Source of the DNA: an uncultured Gemmatimonadaceae bacterium
Lineage (GTDB): Bacteria > Gemmatimonadota > Gemmatimonadetes > Gemmatimonadales > Gemmatimonadaceae
Length of the DNA: 64,000 nucleotides
Direction of reading: 5' to 3'
Assembly (NCBI GenBank): GCA_963751275.1
Contig: CAVVTZ010000007.1
Span: 288,001 to 352,000 of the forward strand
Position numbers and translations under genes: made by a program. The notes under the pieces were generated by a model that saw only the letters and a program-made list of their open reading frames with translations, was not told the origin of the DNA and made no database searches. Positions 22,517 through 37,663 of this stretch are shown piece after piece. Each line of letters starts with the position of its first letter. Within the stretch, counting starts at the first letter, position 1.

Positions 22517-24655
22517 TTAGTTCCCCGACGCCCTCACCGCCGCGACCGCCGCCGCCAGTTCATGCGCAGTGGCCGTGAGTCGCGTCGCCGCATCGTTCAG
22601 TCCATCGATCGCGCCTTCCTGCTGCGCGCTGGCTCCGGCGACGGATTCCGTCTCATGCGCGGCGCGATTCGCGTCGTCCTTCGCGGCGGAGAGCGCGTGC
22701 GACATCTCCTCCGAGCGCTGCGCGCTGTCGCGCGCGGCGCGCACGATGCGGTCGCCGGCGGCGGCGACGCCTTCGCTCGCCATCACGATCCGGTCGAGCT
22801 CGTCCACCCAGTTGCGGCTCGCGTCGGCCACTGAGAGCACCTCGCCGCGCGTGCGCTGCATGAGCGCCACGGCCTTCTCGAGCGTCGAGCGGATGTCGCG
22901 CACCGCGCGGTCCATCCCTTCCGCCTCGCTCGCGCTGCGGTCGGCGAGCGCGCGGATCTCCTGCGCCACCACCGCGAAGCCGCGGCCGTGCGCGCCGGCG
23001 CGCGCCGCTTCCACGGCGGCGTTCAACGCGAGCAGTCCCGTCTGGTCCGCGAGCGAGGTGATCGTCTGGCCGAAGCGCTGCACCGCGCTCGAGATGTCCT
23101 GCAGGCGCGACACCTGGTCGGCGCCCTGCTGCACGATCGCGGCTGCCGCGGTGAGCTGCGCCATCGCCTGCTCGGTGGCGGCGCGCACGACGCGCGCGTC
23201 GCTCAGCATCGACTCGCCGCTCTGCTGCGTGCCGCGCCCCTCGATCACGGTGCTGTCGGCGATGGACTGCGCCGATTTCGCGTCCTCCGATCCGCGCGCC
23301 AGCGTGCCGGCGAGCACGCGCACGGTGGCGGCCAGCCGGCGCGCGCTGTCGGCGCTCTCCTGCGCCGACGCGTGCAGCTGCTGAGTGGTGCCGGTGATCG
23401 ACTCCACGTGCGACATCATGAACTCCGATGCCTCGAGTACCGGCTTGATCAGCTTGTCGAGCGCGAGCGACAGCGCAAGCTGTGGCGCGATGTACTCGAG
23501 CAGCGCCGCGTCGTGCTCGCGGTACATGTCCACGCGCGAGTGGCGCACCGACCACATCCCGACCAGCCGGTCCCCGTAGATGAGCGGCAGGATGATCTCG
23601 GACCCTTTGCCGTCGCGCTCCTGCGGCGGCGCCTCGGCATCGGTCACCGCGTGGCCGGTGCGCATCGCGATGCCCGCCATCCCCTCCGTGGCCGGCAGCC
23701 GCGTGCCCGGCGGCACCGCGCTCGACGTGTCGGCGAGGATCACGAACTCGTGGCGGCTCGCGTTGTACGCCGCGATCCCCATGTCCTCCCACGGCACCAG
23801 CGTCTTCGTGAGCCGCTCGACATCCGCGAGCGAACTGTGCAGTTCCGGCTTCGCGCTGAGGACGCTCGTCATCCGTTGCACGAGCTGCATGCTCTCCCCC
23901 GTCGCGCCCTGTCGCGCCAGCCAGTGCGTCATGACCGCGAGGAGCAGGAGCGCCGCGATCTCGGCGGTCGTGCCGCGCGATGACCATGGCGCGTACGCGA
24001 TCTTGAGCCCGGCGAGCGCGAGCAGCGTGGCCATCACGGCCACGGTGATCTCCCAGCGCGCGGTGAGGCGCGCGTCCACCCACGCGATCGCGGGCGACAG
24101 CTTGAGCTGGAGATAGAAGGTGCCGTTCGCGGTGACGAGGAAGAGCAGGATCAGGAGACCGAGCCGCCAGGTATTCCCCGGGGAGAAGGCGAGTCCCGCC
24201 ATGCCGCCGTTGAGCACGCTGTAGTACAGCGTGCCGCTTACGAAGAAGGCCGTCATGAAGTGGCCGGTGTTGCCGATCGCGTTGCGCCACGGGAGCCGGC
24301 GGCCGAACAGATCACCCACGAAGATCCCGGCGCCCGCGAAGACAGCGCCCGCCGCCCAGCCGAGCGCGATGATGCTGGCGATCCCGGTGCCGACGGCGAA
24401 GGACGCGTAGCCCTTGCCGGGGAGCGGAATGCCGAAGACGCGCGTCGCGGCGGAAAGGACGAAGAGCAGCAGGGCGCCCAACCAGGGGAAGGGCGTGACA
24501 TACTGGTGCGTGCTGAGCCCGACGACCGTGGCGAGGATGCCGACGAAGATGACGGAGTAGCGCACCGTCTCATCCGTGAGCCAGCTCGCGCGGCGACGGT
24601 AGACGGGGCGCTCGCCGGTGGAGAATCCCGGGTAGGGCGTGACGCGTGCGCTCAA
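22517..24655 (-). CDS. Methyl-accepting chemotaxis protein with polytopic N-terminus and GAF domain (start uncertain)
   Basis: '[34 protein letters not shown]'; GAF '[15 protein letters not shown]'; about 7 TM segments. Confidence 0.9.
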   Translation of the reverse strand: MSARVTPYPGFSTGERPVYRRRASWLTDETVRYSVIFVGILATVVGLSTHQYVTPFPWLGALLLFVLSAATRVFGIPLPGKGYASFAVGTGIASIIALGWAAGAVFAGAGIFVGDLFGRRLPWRNAIGNTGHFMTAFFVSGTLYYSVLNGGMAGLAFSPGNTWRLGLLILLFLVTANGTFYLQLKLSPAIAWVDARLTARWEITVAVMATLLALAGLKIAYAPWSSRGTTAEIAALLLLAVMTHWLARQGATGESMQLVQRMTSVLSAKPELHSSLADVERLTKTLVPWEDMGIAAYNASRHEFVILADTSSAVPPGTRLPATEGMAGIAMRTGHAVTDAEAPPQERDGKGSEIILPLIYGDRLVGMWSVRHSRVDMYREHDAALLEYIAPQLALSLALDKLIKPVLEASEFMMSHVESITGTTQQLHASAQESADSARRLAATVRVLAGTLARGSEDAKSAQSIADSTVIEGRGTQQSGESMLSDARVVRAATEQAMAQLTAAAAIVQQGADQVSRLQDISSAVQRFGQTITSLADQTGLLALNAAVEAARAGAHGRGFAVVAQEIRALADRSASEAEGMDRAVRDIRSTLEKAVALMQRTRGEVLSVADASRNWVDELDRIVMASEGVAAAGDRIVRAARDSAQRSEEMSHALSAAKDDANRAAHETESVAGASAQQEGAIDGLNDAATRLTATAHELAAAVAAVRASGN

Positions 24656-24936
24656 GAGATCACGGTCGCCGCGATGCGCGCCGGCGGATGCAGCGAGGGC
24701 ATGGTGGGAATGACTCGCGGAGGTAACGATGGCGCGGGCCTCTTGCGCGAATCGCCCGCCGATGCAATGGTGTGACGCGTGACGGCCGTGTGGCGTCACC
24801 ACCATGGTAGCGGAGCCGATCAGCCCGGGAGAGCATGCACCCTGGATCGCGACGACGACCACGGCACGTTCACTCTGAGGTCCGATCCACTCGGCGCGCA
24901 CGAAGCGCCCGCTCCGTCATCCGCTCAGTTCCTTTC

Positions 24937-24985
24937 GCGACGCCCGGCACGGGAAATACCCGCCGCCGGGCGTCGCTGTGTTTTT
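24937..24985 (+). terminator. Intrinsic terminator/attenuator directly upstream of the HNH gene
   Basis: Perfect 12-bp stem GCGACGCCCGGC/GCCGGGCGTCGC followed by TGTGTTTTT. Confidence 0.7.
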
Positions 24986-24995
24986 GCGAGGTGCA

Positions 24996-25394
24996 ATGTC
25001 ACAACATTGCGCTCACCGCATTCCACTCCCACGCTCTCCGCGCCGCCTCCAGCGAAAGATCCACCAGATCTTCCGGAGGGAGCACAAGCGCGCCATGAAA
25101 CGCGCCATGATGCGCGACTGCTGCCGCCGCTGTGTCTATTGCGGCGCGCCCCTCGATCTGGATTTCGCCACGATCGATCATGTCTATCCACTCGCCAAAG
25201 GCGGTGCGCACGCGCCGGGAAATCTGGTCGTGGCGTGCGGGCCGTGTAATCGAATGAAGGGCGACATGCTGCCGATCGAATTCTTCCTGAGATACCCGAG
25301 CGCGGGACAGAATTTTCTCGCGTACGCGCGGGCGGTGCATCGCGCATTGAAGCGCGGCGCGAAACGGGCGGTCAGTCTCGCGCTCGCGGCCTGA
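24996..25394 (+). CDS. Small HNH endonuclease (McrA-like, Zn-binding)
   Basis: 'CVYCG...TIDHVYP..KGG....NLVVACGPCNRMKG'; SD GAGGTG. Confidence 0.9.
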   Translation: MSQHCAHRIPLPRSPRRLQRKIHQIFRREHKRAMKRAMMRDCCRRCVYCGAPLDLDFATIDHVYPLAKGGAHAPGNLVVACGPCNRMKGDMLPIEFFLRYPSAGQNFLAYARAVHRALKRGAKRAVSLALAA

Positions 25395-25406
25395 CGATTC
25401 ACTACT

Positions 25407-25561
25407 GCGCCTGTAGGGACTAGTACCGCTCGAGAAGCGCGTCTGGGAGGCAGCGTGTGGTACGGCAGGGCGGGAGTAGCGGCCGCCGCCACTCCCGCCC
25501 TGCCGTACCACACGCTGCCTCCCAGACGCGCTTCTCGAGCGGTACTAGTCCCTACACGCGC
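25407..25561. repeat. Family B palindrome, copy 3
   Basis: GTAGGGACTAGTACCGCTCGAGAAGCGCG...CGCGCTTCTCGAGCGGTACTAGTCCCTAC, nearly perfect. Confidence 0.95.
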
Positions 25562-25570
25562 CTTTATGGA

Positions 25571-27404
25571 TCAGTAGTCGACCGGCCGCAGATAGCTTTC
25601 GCCGATCGCGGTCCCCGATACCATCGCCACCGTCGGCAGCCGCCGCTTCCAATGCGTGCGCTCGAGCCGCTCGTGCACGAGTTTCACTTCATTCGCGGCG
25701 AATCCGCGCGCGATCAATTCGTCGGGACTGAATCCGCTCAGCAGCCAGTGCAGAGTGAGATCCGCCTTGGCGTAGCTGATCCCGAGATCGCCCTCATCCG
25801 TCTGTCCGGCGACGAGATCGGCCGTGGGCGCCTTGCCGACGATGTCGACCGGGATCTTCAGGTGCTTCGCGAGCGCCCACACCTGGGTCTTGAAGAGGTC
25901 GCCGAGGGGATTGAGCGGCGGCGAATCATCCGCGTGCCAGGTGAAATAGCCCAGCAGCCGCTCGGTCTTGTTGCCGGTGCCCAGCGGCATCGCACCCAGT
26001 GCCGCGCTCAGGTCGAACAACGCGAGCATGCGCACCCGCGCCATCACGTTGCCGCGGCGCGTGGCATCGGCCTTCGGTTCGTTCTGGAGATAGCCGTTCA
26101 CCGCGGCGCTGATGTCGATCGTGCGTGACTCGATGCCGAACGCGTCGATCACGTCCTTCGCGTGCGTGAGACTCTCCTTGCTCGATTTCTCATAGGGAAG
26201 GCGCACGGCGGTCACGTTCTTCGGTCCGAACGCGCGCGCGGCCAGCGCGGCGGTCACCGCCGAGTCGACGCCGCCGGAGAGCGCGACGATCCCCTTGGTG
26301 AATCCGCGCTGCCTGGCTTCCTCGCGCAAGAAGTGCACGAGCCACCGTTCGACGAGCGCCGCATCGATCGTCAGCGGCGGCGGTCCGCCCGCGTCGGCCT
26401 CGGCCATGCGCACGGCCACCGCCGTCTTCTTCCCGGCGGCGTTCTTCGCCGCCGGAGCGGGCGCCGCGGCGGCCGGTGCGCCATCGAACGCGACCGGTGC
26501 GCCGCCGCCGCGCTGGATCCGGTCGAGCGACGTGAGCAGATGCGGCAGCGCCACGCGCAGGTCCGCGAGCAGGGGCATGTCGGCGCGTGCGCGCGTGAGG
26601 TCGGCGAGGTCGATCGGCGCGCGCACGAGCGCCTCTTCCCAGAGCGGCCCGCGGACGCGCACGTCCCCGCCAGGCCCGCAGATGATCGCGCCGCCGGGGA
26701 AGGCCTTCCCCCCTTCGTCGCCCACGAGATTGGCGAGCGACACGAACACGCCGTGCTCCTCGGCGATGTCGCGCGCGAGGCGCTCCCACCGCGCCACGCT
26801 CGCGGGCCCGGAGATGCCATCATCGCGGGGCGCCGTACCGCGCGCCGGCGCCGCCGCGCAAATGAAGATCGATCTGCGCGCCATCCAGCGCCGCCAGCGT
26901 GCCCGTCACGCTGTGCCACGCATCTTCGCACACGAGCATCGCCGCGCGCCCCCAGGGCAGATCGAACGCGCGGATCTCCTGCCCACGCTCGACGAACCGC
27001 TCCTCGTCGAACAGCCCGTAGGTGGGGAGGAAGTTCTTGCGGTGGACGTGCCGCACGAGCGGCGCATCGCCACCGAGCCGCACGCTCATCGCGCTGTTGT
27101 ACAGGGTGTTCCGCCAGACCTCGTAGAAACCGACGACTACCTCGAGCGTACGCGGCCCCTTCACCGCCTCGCGGTACACACGCTGCAGATCGGCCGCGAG
27201 CGCGCCGGCCGTGAGCGCCATCTCGCGCACGCCCCCCTCCAGGAAATACCCGGTGAGCGCGGTCTCGGGGAGATGCAGCAGATCCACGCGCGGATCGGCG
27301 GCATCCATCTGCGCGAAGAGCGCGCCGAGGCGCGCGAGATTCGCGGCGTACGCGCCCTTCTCGGGGGAGAACTGCAGCGTCGCGAACTGCATCACAGGGG
27401 GCAT
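25571..27404 (-). CDS. nadE: NAD+ synthetase with N-terminal nitrilase/glutaminase domain; frameshift ~26870
   Basis: Nitrilase E-K-C triad ('LPETALTGY', 'HRKNFLPTYGLFDE', 'VCEDAW') and synthetase 'LSGGVDS', 'GNVMARVRM', 'GTGNKTE'. Confidence 0.92.
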
Positions 27405-27449
27405 GCGAACAAGATGCACGCTTTCTCGCATGAGAGCAAAAAGCGACGG

Positions 27450-27601
27450 GTAGCACCCCGAACGCCGTGCTTGGTACCCCGAACGCCGCGTCTAGGCGGC
27501 AGCGTGTGGAACGACTTGAAAGGCGCGTGTTGTGCGTTGTACCACACGCTGCCTACCAAACGCGGCGTTCGGGGTGCCAAGCACGGCGTTCGGGGTGCCA
27601 C
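27450..27601. repeat. Chimeric palindrome: family A outer arms with family B inner arms
   Basis: CACCCCGAACGCCG units flank GCGTCTAGGCGGCAGCGTGTGG...CCACACGCTGCCTACCAAACGC. Confidence 0.9.
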
Positions 27602-27634
27602 GCACGCTTCAATCGCCCTATCTTGGTTTTGGAG

Positions 27635-29689
27635 ATGCCCCACATCGCCCGAGTTCTCGCCTTCCTCGCCCTCGCGGCCCCGCTCGCCGCCCAGGCACCG
27701 TCGCCCCAGCCCACCGGCGAAGCCTGGCAGATCATCCCCGAGCCCCAATCCAGTCTCGTCTTCTCGCGCGAAGGTTCTCTCCTGGGCGAGATCGGCACCG
27801 AGTGGCGCACCAGCGTTCCGCTCTCGGCGCTGCCGCTCTACGTCTCGCAGGCCTTCATCGCCGTCGAGGACCAACGCTTCTACGTGCACGACGGCGTGGA
27901 CGTGGTGGGCATCGCCGGCGCGCTGAAGGACGCGATGACCGGCCACCCGCGCGGCGCGAGCACGATCACGCAGCAGCTGGTCGGCAACATGCATCCCGAT
28001 CTCGTGAACCGCCGCGACAAGACCATCTCGCGCAAACTCCGCGAGCAGGACGCCGCGCGCGAGATGGAGCGGCACTACACGAAGGCGGAGATCCTCGAGG
28101 CGTATCTCGATCTCATCCATTTCGGCCACGGCTGGTACGGCGTGGACGCGGCGTCGCGCCACTACTTCGGCCATCCCGCCGCGCAGCTCACGCTCGCGGA
28201 GGCCGCCACGCTCGCCGCGCTGCCCAAAGGACCCGCGATCTACGATCCGATCCGCCACGCCGACTCCGCGCGCACGCGGCGCAACCTCGTGCTCGCGCTC
28301 ATGGCGCAGCAGGGCTACCTCACCGCCGCACAGGCGCACGCCGCGCAACGGCTGCCCGTGGTCGTCGCTCCCGACCGCGGCATGCCCGCCGCCGCGCCAT
28401 ACGTCGTGGATCTCGTGCGCCGCGAGCTCGACCGCGCCGCGATCCCGTACGGCGGCCCGATCTCCCTCCGCATCACCACCACGGTGGATGCCGCGCTCCA
28501 GCGCGACGCGAACGAGGCGCTCGCCGCCGGCGCGAAGCGCATCGAATCGCGCGGGAAGTGGAAACATCCCACGCTCGCGCACCACGCGCCGGGCCATCCC
28601 GATTACCTGCAGGGCATGATCATCGCGCTCGCCCCGTCCACCGGCGACGTGCTCGCGCTGGTCGGCGGCCGCGACTACGGCGACTCGCCCTTCGACCGTG
28701 CGGTGTTCGCCCTGCGGCAGCCGGGCTCATCGTTCAAACCGGTCGTCTACTCCGCCGCGCTCGCGTTCGGCATGCAGGCGAACACGATCGTGGATGACAG
28801 CGCGCTCTCGATCCCGATGCCGCAGGGTCCGCCGTACCGGCCCGAGAACTCCGACGGCAAGTATCTCGGCGCGATCACGCTGCGCGAGGCGCTCACGAAG
28901 TCGCGTAACACCGTGGCCGTGCAGCTCGGGCAGCAGGTGGGAATCGATTCGGTGATCGCGCTCGCGGCGCGCCTCGGCATCTCGACGCCGATCGCGCCGT
29001 ATCCCTCGAGCGCGATCGGCGCGAGTGCCGTGCGCCCCGTGGAGATGGTGACCGCCTACACCGCTTTCGCCAACGGCGGCCCGCTCGCCACGCCGCGGCT
29101 CCTTCTGTTCGTACAGAATGCGGTCGGGGATACGCTCCTCGAGCGCGCCGCCGCGCCGCTCGACAGCGCGGCGCTCGATCCGCGCGTCGCCTTCGTGATG
29201 CGCGACCTCATGCGCGACGTCGTCGCCCGCGGCACCGCCACCAGCGTGCGCGACTTCGTGCCCGCCGAGATCCCCGTCGCCGGCAAGACGGGCACCACGA
29301 ACGACAACAGCGACGTCTGGTTCATCGGCATGACGCCCGAGATCGTCGCCGGCGTCTGGCTCGGCTTCGACACCCCCGCGCCCATCGCACCCGGCGCCGC
29401 CGGCGGCACGCTCGCCGCTCCGGTGTGGGGCGACATGATCGGCAAATACTATCGTGGTCGCGCGAGCGACGACTCGGCGTGGGACGCGCCACCGCCCGGC
29501 GTGATCCCTGTGCTCGCCGACCGCGCGACCGGAGCGCCCGCCGACAGCACTACGCCGCCCGATCGCGTGTACACCGACTATCTCATTGTGCAGCCGCCCG
29601 TCTCCGCGCCGCCCATGTTGCCGGATTCGATCGTGATCCCCGCCGACTCCGCGCGCCGGGATTCCACTGCGGTGCCGCCCGCGCCCTAG
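27635..29689 (+). CDS. Class A penicillin-binding protein (PBP1A family)
   Basis: 'EDQRFY', 'GASTITQQL', 'RQPGSSFK', 'SRN', 'KTGT'. Confidence 0.95.
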   Translation: MPHIARVLAFLALAAPLAAQAPSPQPTGEAWQIIPEPQSSLVFSREGSLLGEIGTEWRTSVPLSALPLYVSQAFIAVEDQRFYVHDGVDVVGIAGALKDAMTGHPRGASTITQQLVGNMHPDLVNRRDKTISRKLREQDAAREMERHYTKAEILEAYLDLIHFGHGWYGVDAASRHYFGHPAAQLTLAEAATLAALPKGPAIYDPIRHADSARTRRNLVLALMAQQGYLTAAQAHAAQRLPVVVAPDRGMPAAAPYVVDLVRRELDRAAIPYGGPISLRITTTVDAALQRDANEALAAGAKRIESRGKWKHPTLAHHAPGHPDYLQGMIIALAPSTGDVLALVGGRDYGDSPFDRAVFALRQPGSSFKPVVYSAALAFGMQANTIVDDSALSIPMPQGPPYRPENSDGKYLGAITLREALTKSRNTVAVQLGQQVGIDSVIALAARLGISTPIAPYPSSAIGASAVRPVEMVTAYTAFANGGPLATPRLLLFVQNAVGDTLLERAAAPLDSAALDPRVAFVMRDLMRDVVARGTATSVRDFVPAEIPVAGKTGTTNDNSDVWFIGMTPEIVAGVWLGFDTPAPIAPGAAGGTLAAPVWGDMIGKYYRGRASDDSAWDAPPPGVIPVLADRATGAPADSTTPPDRVYTDYLIVQPPVSAPPMLPDSIVIPADSARRDSTAVPPAP

Positions 29690-29867
29690 CCGCGCCTCGC
29701 GCAAAAAACCGCGCCGCATCCGTTTCGTCCAAGAGGACCGGCGCTCCCGCGCGCCGCCTTGTTCTCCAACACTCGCTACTCCCCGCGCGTACCTGGACTG
29801 ATGACCGGCGGTGCGGTTATCGTACCAGCCGGAGGCACAGCGCCAACTCCGTTCCAACACGCATCCA

Positions 29868-30731
29868 ATGACCGCCATGCGCCCAATCCTCTGCCTCCTT
29901 GCGGCCGCGCTCCTCGTGTCGCCTGCGGCCTCGCCCGTGAACGCGCAGGGCTCGCTCGCCACGGGCCGGGCCGACGCGAACTCGAGTCGCTTCGACGCCC
30001 AGTACATGGCCTACATGTCAGCGTCGGTCGATTCCGTCGTCGATGCGTGGCAACGTGCGATGAAGGCGCGTGATGCCGATGCGCTGTCCGGCCTCTATAC
30101 GGATGACGCGATCATCGCCCTCTCGACCGGCCGCCTCGTACGAGGTCGCGGATCGGTGCACGACGTGTACGAGCGCATGCTGCCGCGCCTGCACACGGCG
30201 CGGATCGACGTCGTCCAGATCGTCGCCAGTGCCGACGTCGCATCGGTGGTCGCGACGCTGGATTGCGAGATCCGGTTGCCCACTGGCGGATGGTACCACC
30301 GCAACATGCCGATCCTGCTCACGATCAAGGCGCAGGACCGCGGGCGCTTCCGCATCGCGATCCAGAGCGGCGGTGATGTGCCGCTGCTCTCGGCCTCGCG
30401 ACCGCGGAGCGGCGCGCCTGGCGAGAAGCGGAGTGATTCCCTGGACGTGGTCCTGACCGATGCGTCCGGGCTCGGCGTGCCCGGGATCCTGGTCAGTTTC
30501 CTGGTCGAGCGCGGAGCTGGAGAGGTCGACCCGGCCGTGGCGGTGACGGACGCGAACGGCCACGCCGTCAGCCAGTTGACCCCCGGTGCCGCGGGCGAGC
30601 CATCAGTCGTGCGCGCCGTCGCGGCGCCGCTGCTCGAGGAACCGGTATTCTTCACCGCGACCGCGGGCGCCGGGCCCGACTCGGCACACGCGCACCTGGC
30701 GACCCCTGGCGCGAACCCGAAGGATGAGTGA
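29868..30731 (+). CDS. Secreted NTF2/SnoaL-like + Big_1-like domain protein
   Basis: 'DADALSGLYTDDAII' N-domain and 'VTDANGHA' Ig-like C-domain. Confidence 0.65.
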   Translation: MTAMRPILCLLAAALLVSPAASPVNAQGSLATGRADANSSRFDAQYMAYMSASVDSVVDAWQRAMKARDADALSGLYTDDAIIALSTGRLVRGRGSVHDVYERMLPRLHTARIDVVQIVASADVASVVATLDCEIRLPTGGWYHRNMPILLTIKAQDRGRFRIAIQSGGDVPLLSASRPRSGAPGEKRSDSLDVVLTDASGLGVPGILVSFLVERGAGEVDPAVAVTDANGHAVSQLTPGAAGEPSVVRAVAAPLLEEPVFFTATAGAGPDSAHAHLATPGANPKDE

Positions 30732-30774
30732 GAGGGTCCACACGAGAAACCCTGACTCCGTGATGGCATGAAGC

Positions 30775-30820
30775 GCGAACGGCCCGGATCTCAGAGCGAG
30801 ATCCGGGCCGTTCGCATTTC
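30775..30820. terminator. Hairpin terminator between convergent genes
   Basis: GCGAACGGCCCGGATCTC-AGAGC-GAGATCCGGGCCGTTCGC followed by ATTTC. Confidence 0.75.
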
Positions 30821-30857
30821 GTTGTTGCAGTCGACAGTCGGCGTCCGCCGTGAGCCG

Positions 30858-33436
<2,579 letters not shown>

Positions 33437-33676
33437 GACGACACCTGGTTTGAAGACCGGCCGGTTCGCGGCCCTACCTATTAAGACCGCCGGCAATGCC
33501 GGCAGTTCCGCGACCCGGTCGTGGAGATTGAGTTACGCCACAGGGGCAGATATTGCAACTTCCGACCGCCGCTCTGACGTAGTGCCACTGCCGCGACGGC
33601 CGGATCGCCTTTTCAGATCGGTCCCTGAGTGGTACACTAAGCATCTTCCGTACCTGAACCTGAGCCGGACGCCCCA

Positions 33677-35616
33677 TTGCCCGATCCCATCGCGCTTTCG
33701 TCGGACGCTGAAATGCGCGCGCTGGTAGAGCGCGCGCTTTCCGCGAATTACGAGCTCGATCAGGAGATCGGGCGCGGCGGCATGGGCATCGTCTTCCGCG
33801 CCAAGGACCGGCGGCTCAAGCGCATCGTGGCCATCAAGGTGCTGCCGCCGGAGCTCGCCTTCCGCGGCGAGATCCGCCAGCGCTTCCTGCGCGAGGCCGA
33901 GACGGCGGCGCAGCTGTCGCACCCGAACATCGTGCCCATCTACAGCGTCGATGAACGCGAAGGGCTCGTGTTCTTCGTGATGGCATGCGTGGAGGGGCCC
34001 ACGCTCGCGCGGCGCCTGCACGACGAGGGGCGCATCCCGGTGGAGGACACACGGAAGATCCTCATCGAGGTCGGCGACGCACTCGCCTACGCCCATTCGC
34101 GCGGCGTGGTGCACCGCGACATCAAGCCCGACAACATCCTGCTCGACCGCGACGACGGCCGCGCGATGGTCACCGACTTCGGCATCGCGCGCGCGATCCA
34201 GGAAGGCGCGGACTCGCGGCTCACCGCCACCGGCGTCGCGATCGGCACGCCGGCCTACATGAGTCCCGAGCAGGCCGCCGGCGACCGCGAGATCGACGGC
34301 CGCAGCGACCTCTACGCGCTGGGCGTGGTGGGCTACCAGATGCTCGCGGGGCGGCTGCCCTTCACGGCGTCGAGCACGCCGTCGATGCTCATGAAGCACA
34401 TCAGCGAGCGGCCGCAGCCGGTGGAGTCGTGGCGTCCCGAGACGCCGCCCGATCTCGCGCGCGCCGTGATGACGCTGCTCGAGAAGGAGCCCGAGCACCG
34501 CTTCCCGAACGCCGCCGCGCTGTCGCAGGCGCTGCGCGGCGACGCGAGCGCGATGCCCGCACCGGCGCCACCGCACGAGACCGGATCGCTCCCGATGTCG
34601 TACCGCTCGCCCATCGGCACGGCCGTGCCGTACGGCGTGCCGCGCCCGCCCGGCGCGGGGCAATACACCACGCCCACCGCCGACGAGGTCGCGCGCTGGT
34701 CGGCGCCGGAGGTCGCGAAATTCCGCAACCAATTCGCGACGTACGCGTTCGTGAACGCGGTATTCGTCGTGGTGTCGATCTTCAGCAAGACGGATCTGAT
34801 GGTCGTGCCGGTCATCTGGACGGTGATCATGGCGCTGCGGTATTCGCGGCTCTGGACCGCGGGCTACGACTGGCGCGATGTCTTCCGCCAGCCGCGCGAC
34901 CGCAGCCTCATCGATCTCGCGCAGGAGACGGCCGAAGAAGTGCAGTCGGTGTTCGACCGTGAAAAACGCGAGAAGCTGCGCGCGCGCAATCGCGAGCAGA
35001 GTCAGCAGCGCGCGCTCGCGCCGGTGGGCGGCGCGGCCATGCTCGGCGCCGGTTCGTTCGGCCGCTTCGAGAGCGTGGTGCGCCAGGCGGCGCAGGATCG
35101 CGAGGACATCACGCGCATCGTGCTCTCCCTCCCGCGCACGGACCAGAACCTGGTGGAAGGCGTGATCCCCGCGGCCGACGGACTCTTCAAGCGCATCCAG
35201 TCGCTCGCCGGCTCGGCAATGGACCAGGAGCGCTCGGTGACCACGGGCGCGTCCGCCGACCTCGAGCGGCAGATCGCGAAGCTCGAGAGCGAGGCGAATC
35301 CGCTCGACACCGTGGGCAGCGAGGATCGCGTGCGCAAGCTGGCGATCCTCAAGCGCCAGCGGCGCGCGCTCGCCGAGTCCACGAAGAAACGCGACGAAGC
35401 GGTGGCGAAGCTCGAGAGCTGCCGCCTGCAGCTGCAGAACATGCGGCTGGACATCCTGCGCCTCCGCGCCGGCGGCGTGGCGGAGGTCGCGCCGCAGATC
35501 ACGCAGCTCACGATGCGCGCCCGCGCGCTGGCGGACGATGTGGACGCCGCGCTCATGGGAGTCGATGAGGCGCGGCTCGCCGCGAACGCTTCCGCGCGGC
35601 GGGGTCCGCGGAAGAC

Positions 35617-35620
<4 letters not shown>
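33677..35620 (+). CDS. Hanks-type Ser/Thr kinase with 2 TM helices and helical C-domain (paralog 1)
   Basis: 'IGRGGMG', 'VAIK', 'HRDIKPDN', 'DFG', 'GTPAYMSPE'. Confidence 0.95.
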
Positions 35621-37579
<1,959 letters not shown>

Positions 37580-37663
37580 ACAACAGACGTTGGACGTGAG
37601 ACGTTAGACCTGAACACGGCGTCTCTAGTACCGCTGGCGGCGCGGGTGGAGCAGAATTAGGGC

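Noticed and set aside
24804..25394. IscB/HEARO-type RNA-guided nuclease
   Set aside because: The protein is only 132 aa with no PLMP or RuvC motifs and no transposon ends.
25571..27404. nadE, kinase 2, aconitase and thioesterase as pseudogenes or programmed frameshifts
   Set aside because: Isolated single-base indels with no slippery sites or other decay fit long-read error better.
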